Positions 59,552-64,000 of a stretch of DNA of 64,000 nucleotides are shown here, piece after piece. The stretch lies in the NCBI GenBank assembly GCA_963924815.1, contig CAWURO010000002.1, positions 1,667-65,666 of the forward strand, written 5' to 3'. Numbering within the stretch: the first letter of the stretch is position 1; each line of letters starts with the position of its first letter. Under the pieces are notes generated by a model. It was not told where the DNA came from, did not search any database, and saw nothing but the letters and a program-made list of their open reading frames with translations. The translations under genes and the position numbers were made by a program. The DNA is from an uncultured Bacteroidia bacterium (GTDB lineage: Bacteria; Bacteroidota; Bacteroidia; NS11-12g; UBA9320).

Positions 59552-60388
59552 GTGGGTTCTTTCCGAAAAAAAATATCAACTACTTTCAGAAATAGGTACA
59601 GAATAATTCTGAGAAGGGATGAGAATTTGGAAGAAAAATTATCAGTTACCCTTACACCACTTAATTTAGCGATAATTCTTTGTGTAGGATTATTCATATT
59701 TGGTACGGTTATTTATATGCTCCTGGCTTATACTCCATTAAATAGAATTTTCCCTACTAAGAGTTCAAAGTACAGTAATTTGGAACAATTTGAGATGATT
59801 CAAAAAATAGATTCCTTAGAACTTAACTTATCACAACTGAATTTGCAATCCGAAATTTTAAGTAAGGTCCTTGCAGGAGAAGATGTGGATGTTAATTATG
59901 ATACTACTGCAAACAACTTAATTATCGATAATAATCCGATACTTGAAGTTGGCACTGAAGCATCCTCCAACAAACCGGCATCCGAGATATCGCTGAGGTC
60001 AGCTAGTGGCGAAAAACATATCTATAATTTTATGTCTCCGCTTAAAGGAGTTATAAGTGATACGTTTAATGTAGGCAAAAAACACTTGGCAATTGATATT
60101 GTAGCAGAATCAAAATCTACGGTAATATCAGTGCAAAAAGGTACTGTCATATTTAGTGGATGGACGGCATCAGGTGGACATACTGCGGTTATTCAGCATC
60201 CAAATAATTTTATCTCGGTATACAAACACAATGCCGTAATACTTAAAAAAGAGGGCACAGTTGTTAATTTTGGGGATGCAATAGCGCTCGTTGGCAACTC
60301 TGGTGAACTCACATCAGGTCCACACCTTCACTTTGAGTTATGGAAAAATGGTGTGGCCGTAAATCCGTTAGACTTTATTAGTTTTTAA
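59552..60388 (+). CDS. M23 family peptidoglycan metalloendopeptidase with N-terminal membrane anchor and coiled coil
   Basis: HxxxD / GNSGELTSGPHLHFELW LytM motifs at the C-terminus. Confidence 0.8.
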   Translation: MGSFRKKISTTFRNRYRIILRRDENLEEKLSVTLTPLNLAIILCVGLFIFGTVIYMLLAYTPLNRIFPTKSSKYSNLEQFEMIQKIDSLELNLSQLNLQSEILSKVLAGEDVDVNYDTTANNLIIDNNPILEVGTEASSNKPASEISLRSASGEKHIYNFMSPLKGVISDTFNVGKKHLAIDIVAESKSTVISVQKGTVIFSGWTASGGHTAVIQHPNNFISVYKHNAVILKKEGTVVNFGDAIALVGNSGELTSGPHLHFELWKNGVAVNPLDFISF

Positions 60389-60403
60389 AATTAAAACAGA
60401 AAT

Positions 60404-60778
60404 ATGTTAGGCAAAAAAGAAAAAAATAAGGAACCAACAGGAGAATTAAATGTGCTAGGAGAAGGAACAACTATTGAAGGCAGTTTAGTTTCTAATGGTG
60501 ATCTAAGAATTGATGGGAAAGTGAAAGGAAACGTTACCACTCAAGGTAAATGTGTGCTCGGTCAAAGCGGAAGTATACTTGGTGACATAAAAGCAAAATC
60601 GTGTGATATTAGCGGCACTGTAACTGGAAGTATTAAAGTGGTAGACACCCTTTTCTTGAAGGCTTCTGGCATTATTAATGGGGATATTAATACTTCCAAA
60701 ATAGTGATTGAAATTGGTGGCCAGCTTAACGGAGCGTGCTTAATGGGCAGCGATTTTTCAAGTAAAATAGATTCATAA
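60404..60778 (+). CDS. bactofilin (DUF583) cytoskeletal polymer protein
   Basis: 124 aa beta-helical repeats GDLRIDGKVKGNV / GDIKAKSCDISGTVTGSI / INGDINTSKIVI. Confidence 0.75.
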   Translation: MLGKKEKNKEPTGELNVLGEGTTIEGSLVSNGDLRIDGKVKGNVTTQGKCVLGQSGSILGDIKAKSCDISGTVTGSIKVVDTLFLKASGIINGDINTSKIVIEIGGQLNGACLMGSDFSSKIDS

Positions 60779-60809
60779 AGAGGTGACTAAACAGACAAAC
60801 CCAAACTCT

Positions 60810-60962
60810 ATGGAAAATTACGCTGGAATTGGATTTCAGTTAGTAGCATTGGTGATTATCTTGGTTTATGGTGGCGATTGGGTAGATAGTTATTTTGAAA
60901 CTGAACCAATATTCTTGCTATCTGGAGTTTTTTTGCTGTATTTAGTGTCATCTTCATGTTAA
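60810..60962 (+). CDS. AtpZ-like mini membrane protein (50 aa; below ORF-track cut-off)
   Basis: I translated it by hand: MENYAGIGFQLVALVIILVYGGDWVDSYFETEPIFLLSGVFLLYLVSSSC. It shares the AtpZ/ATPase_gene1 pattern with the ORF at 61427. Confidence 0.4.
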   Translation: MENYAGIGFQLVALVIILVYGGDWVDSYFETEPIFLLSGVFLLYLVSSSC

Positions 60963-60980
60963 TTAGAAAGTTTAAATAAA

Positions 60981-61397
60981 ATGAAATTAGGATTTGTTCC
61001 CAAATTAATAGTGATAACCACTGCTATAGCTGTTTGTACCGCTGCATTTTTATATTTTTCACAGGCTAAAGAGCAATGGTGGTTTTGGGCAGCATTACTT
61101 TTTTATTTTATAGCGGGATTGTTAATCGGAAAGCGAACTCAAAAAGCGGTTACAAGTGAGTCTAATTCACGATTTTTCACAGGAGTAATGGGAGGGACTG
61201 GTCTTAGAATGCTTTTGACAGTGTTATATATCGTTGCTTATTTAGTTTTAAGTGAATTTAAGGCTACAGAGTTCATCGTATATTATCTGATCTTATATTT
61301 AGTGTTTACAATTTTTGAAATAAGAGAGCTCGTTTCATTATTGCGTAATTCAAAGAACATTGACTCCAATGCAAGTATAGTTGATGATAAAGGCTAA
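60981..61397 (+). CDS. 4-TM membrane protein upstream of the atp operon
   Basis: 138 aa hydrophobic protein sitting between the two AtpZ-like ORFs. Confidence 0.4.
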   Translation: MKLGFVPKLIVITTAIAVCTAAFLYFSQAKEQWWFWAALLFYFIAGLLIGKRTQKAVTSESNSRFFTGVMGGTGLRMLLTVLYIVAYLVLSEFKATEFIVYYLILYLVFTIFEIRELVSLLRNSKNIDSNASIVDDKG

Positions 61398-61426
61398 ATA
61401 TTGGTTCTTGTATATATACTATATCG

Positions 61427-61678
61427 ATGAGCTTGTTTGTATATAATGACATAGTTGCGAAGGACATGAAAAGTGAACCAGAACATAAATCTACTAAGCA
61501 ATGGTTAAAATATTCCGGATTAGCTATTCAAATGGTAGCTACAATCCTAGTTTTTGTCTGGATTGGTAATTATTTAGACGGTCATATGAATAATAAATAT
61601 CCTCTATTTACTTTGGGACTAGGTGTGGCCGCTATAATCTTGGTATTATACAAGCTCATAATAGACATGTCTAAGTAA
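61427..61678 (+). CDS. AtpZ/AtpI family protein (ATP synthase operon gene 1)
   Basis: 83 aa, YSGLAIQMVATILVFVWIGNYLD...YPLFTLGLGVAAIILV; position ahead of atpB. Confidence 0.6.
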   Translation: MSLFVYNDIVAKDMKSEPEHKSTKQWLKYSGLAIQMVATILVFVWIGNYLDGHMNNKYPLFTLGLGVAAIILVLYKLIIDMSK

Positions 61679-61925
61679 GTTAATGTTTCAACTCTTAAAA
61701 TCTTTTCTCAACCGAAAACAGATCAAGTGTTTATTTTAGAAGGATAATGTCTTTAAACTGTATATTTTTAGCATTTATTACAACCAATTTTCAGTCGATT
61801 TTTGGACGATTAGTGGGATTTTAAGCGGCTAAAGAGTATTTTACTCTTTATTTAAAACAATGTTTGGAAATAAAGAATTAGTGCTTACCTTGCGAGCCTA
61901 AAATAAAGGGAAGATTAAATTGTAA

Positions 61926-63050
61926 ATGTCTGTAATTCAATCACATACGAGGAATAAAATTTTCAAAGTTCTTGCTTTCGGTGTAAGCTTCTTACTCTTT
62001 GGATCAGCTTTTGCGTCTGGTGGCTCAGAAGAACATTCTAAGAAGTCATTTAATGCAGGTGAAATGATCATGCATCACATTGCCGACCAACATCAAGTGC
62101 ACATTGCATCATTTGGTGAAAATCATATTTCCATTCCTCTTCCAATCTTGTTGGTAGATGATGGTTTGAAATTCTTCTCGGCTAGCAAGTTTTATCATAA
62201 TCCAGTGCAAATACCAGGTTTAACTTCTCACGCATATCAATATGAGAATTATGTGATGGTTGATGAGCATATATTTAAAGTGGGTACAGATGGTGCTTTA
62301 TCCGTGGAAAACGGTGAGGTATCAAGCACGACTTTGAAACCATTTGATCTGTCAATAACAAAATCAGTTTTTGGATTTATTATTACGGGATTTTTGCTTC
62401 TTTTACTATTTGTTACGGCAGCTAGAAAGTACAAAAGGAATAAGAATCAAGCACCATCCGGAGTTCAAACACTCATAGAGAGCTTGGTTTTATTTGTTCG
62501 AGACGATATTGTTGTACCTTCGATTGGTGAGAAAAAGGCCGATAAATTTTTGCCTTTTCTACTTACCACTTTCTTCTTTATCTGGCTAGCAAATATGTTA
62601 GGACTTATACCATTTGTGGGAGGGTTTAATATTATGGGGACAATAGGAGTTACGGTTATTTTAGCACTTTGTGTATTTGTAATAACTACCATAAATGCAA
62701 ACAAAGGATATTGGATGCATATCTTTTGGCCTCCAAATGTACCCTTTGCGATTAAACTGATTTTGGTGCCTATCGAAGTCTTTCAAATTTTCCTAAAACC
62801 TATAATTTTAATGATACGACTCACTGCCAATATTACAGCGGGTCACATTATTATCTTGGCTTTTGTTAGCCTAATTTTCATATTTGGCGAATCAAGTGTT
62901 GCTGGTGGATACGGAGTAGGAGCTGGGTCATTAATTTTCATGATTTTCATGAACTTCATTGAGTTATTAGTGGCATTTTTACAAGCATACGTATTTACTC
63001 TCTTGGCAGCCTTATATTTTGGCTCGGCTGTTGAAGAAGCTCATCATTAA
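61926..63050 (+). CDS. atpB: F0F1 ATP synthase subunit a
   Basis: 374 aa with the long N-terminal extension typical of Bacteroidota; conserved Arg-helix (LTANITAGH) and C-terminal TM bundle. Confidence 0.85.
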   Translation: MSVIQSHTRNKIFKVLAFGVSFLLFGSAFASGGSEEHSKKSFNAGEMIMHHIADQHQVHIASFGENHISIPLPILLVDDGLKFFSASKFYHNPVQIPGLTSHAYQYENYVMVDEHIFKVGTDGALSVENGEVSSTTLKPFDLSITKSVFGFIITGFLLLLLFVTAARKYKRNKNQAPSGVQTLIESLVLFVRDDIVVPSIGEKKADKFLPFLLTTFFFIWLANMLGLIPFVGGFNIMGTIGVTVILALCVFVITTINANKGYWMHIFWPPNVPFAIKLILVPIEVFQIFLKPIILMIRLTANITAGHIIILAFVSLIFIFGESSVAGGYGVGAGSLIFMIFMNFIELLVAFLQAYVFTLLAALYFGSAVEEAHH

Positions 63051-63096
63051 AAAGTATATTATTCAAAATTCAAACAAATAAATAAAAACAAAAAAA

Positions 63097-63342
63097 ATGG
63101 AATTACTTTCAATTTTATTAGAAATGACAGCTGCAGCTGGTTGGGCTGGTGTTGGAGCAGGTTTAGCCGCTATTGGTGCTGGTATTGGTGTTGGCCGTAT
63201 TGGTGGATCAGCGTTAGAGTCCATGGCTCGTCAGCCGGAGGCTTTAGGAGATTTAAGAGCAAACATGATCGTTGCAGCAGCACTTGTAGAAGGTGTGGCA
63301 TTATTCGCGGTGATTGTATGTCTACTCGTTGTTCTAGGATAA
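63097..63342 (+). CDS. atpE: F0F1 ATP synthase subunit c
   Basis: Gly-rich helix 1 and the proton-binding Glu in AAALVEGVALF; 81 aa (may start at the internal Met). Confidence 0.9.
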   Translation: MELLSILLEMTAAAGWAGVGAGLAAIGAGIGVGRIGGSALESMARQPEALGDLRANMIVAAALVEGVALFAVIVCLLVVLG

Positions 63343-63354
63343 TTAGGCAGTAAG

Positions 63355-63858
63355 ATGGTAATTCTTTTATCACTTTCCCCTGAACCTGGGACAATGTTAT
63401 GGACGAGTATCGCCTTTTTGGTGGTACTTGGTCTGCTAAAAAAGTTTGCGTGGAAAGATATTCTCAAAGCTTTAAAAGACAGAGAAGAGTTTATCGAGCG
63501 TTCGCTCAAATCAGCTGAAGAAGCGAAAGCTCAAATGAGTGGACTAAAAGCAGATAATGAAAAACTGCTTGCTGAAGCCAGATTAGAACGTGAGCAAATA
63601 CTGAAAGAAGCGAGAGAGGTGAAAGAGAAAATCATGTCTGACGCAAAACTTTCAGCTACTGATGAAAGTAATCGACTTATAAATGCCGCTAGAGCGGAGA
63701 TAGAGAAGGAGAAAAATCAAGCCCTTGCTGATATTAAAAAGCATGTGAGTGAACTTTCTATAGATATTGCTGAAAAAGTGATAAGAAAAGAATTGAGTGA
63801 TAAAACTGCCCAGCAGGCTTTAGTAGATACTTACCTTAATCAATCACCAGCTAATTAA
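63355..63858 (+). CDS. atpF: F0F1 ATP synthase subunit b
   Basis: Single N-terminal TM helix plus a long charged coiled coil; 167 aa. Confidence 0.8.
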   Translation: MVILLSLSPEPGTMLWTSIAFLVVLGLLKKFAWKDILKALKDREEFIERSLKSAEEAKAQMSGLKADNEKLLAEARLEREQILKEAREVKEKIMSDAKLSATDESNRLINAARAEIEKEKNQALADIKKHVSELSIDIAEKVIRKELSDKTAQQALVDTYLNQSPAN

Positions 63859-63866
63859 TAGACCCT

Positions 63867-64000
63867 ATGGCATCAAGCAGAATAGCATCACGATATTCAA
63901 AATCATTGTTAGACCTAGCTATTGTAGGGAGTAAACTGGAGGAAGTTAAGAATGACATGGACGCCGTAGCGACAATTTGCTCAGAGTCTAGAGAGCTTAC
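63867..64000 (+). CDS. atpH: F0F1 ATP synthase subunit delta, 5' fragment (continues beyond window)
   Basis: MASSRIASRYSKSLLDLAI... typical delta/OSCP N-terminus directly after atpF. Confidence 0.7.
   Translation, partial: MASSRIASRYSKSLLDLAIVGSKLEEVKNDMDAVATICSESREL

Noticed and set aside
1-64000. Mobile elements, prophage, CRISPR-Cas, restriction-modification or toxin-antitoxin defence loci
   Set aside because: I found no transposase, integrase or recombinase genes, no terminal inverted repeats, no repeat-spacer arrays, and no methyltransferase/nuclease or small toxin/antitoxin pairs. The only signs of genome rearrangement are the deletion scar at ~52.0 kb and the possibly inserted cargo block after rplQ.

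Overview
The window is a chromosomal segment from a low-GC Bacteroidota, most likely a Flavobacteriia member. Three observations support that placement: (i) several secreted enzymes end in type IX secretion (T9SS/Por) C-terminal sorting domains, (ii) ribosomal proteins S3 and L17 carry lineage-typical tail extensions, and (iii) a TAnnTTTG -7 promoter-like motif occurs upstream of iscS. Layout: (1) 1-15.1 kb holds the end of fusA followed by the complete S10-spc-alpha ribosomal super-operon, rpsJ through rplQ. It includes secY, infA, rpoA and the two small genes rpmD and rpmJ, which fall below the ORF-track size cut-off, and it ends in a clear hairpin terminator. (2) 15.2-24.4 kb is an accessory-looking block of secreted or T9SS-tailed enzymes (esterase, sulfatase-like, CotH-like) mixed with an AI-2E permease, methylmalonyl-CoA epimerase and a Cys/Met PLP enzyme. 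(3) 24.6-26.8 kb holds iscS-iscU-iscA with a strong terminator. (4) 26.8-33.3 kb holds a membrane protein/P-loop NTPase pair facing a Moco-enzyme maturation cluster (mobA, YdeP/FdhF-type oxidoreductase, fdhD, a 116-aa unknown, cyclophilin). (5) 33.5-39.5 kb is housekeeping: CorC/CNNM transporter, rarA, rdgB, aspS. (6) 39.6-44.6 kb holds a tightly coupled four-gene operon (VTC polyphosphate-polymerase-like domain, DUF4956 membrane protein, outer-membrane barrel, lipoprotein CotH kinase-like). Upstream of it lie DUF3050-like and flavin-reductase-like genes. I rate this operon the most interesting, poorly characterised system in the window. (7) 44.8-60.8 kb is housekeeping and envelope genes (DEAD/DbpA helicase, lgt-like, mtaB-like, GT2, pirin, PBP1A, TPR protein, M23 peptidase plus bactofilin). 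It also contains a back-to-back pair of gene remnants (permease C-half fused to a LysR C-half) that marks an internal deletion. (8) 60.8-64 kb is the start of the F-type ATP synthase operon (atpB, atpE, atpF, atpH 5' end), preceded by two AtpZ-like mini-proteins, one of which is an uncalled 50-aa ORF. I found no CRISPR arrays, transposases, integrases, tRNAs or rRNAs. All family names are my own reading of motifs and could not be checked against databases here.
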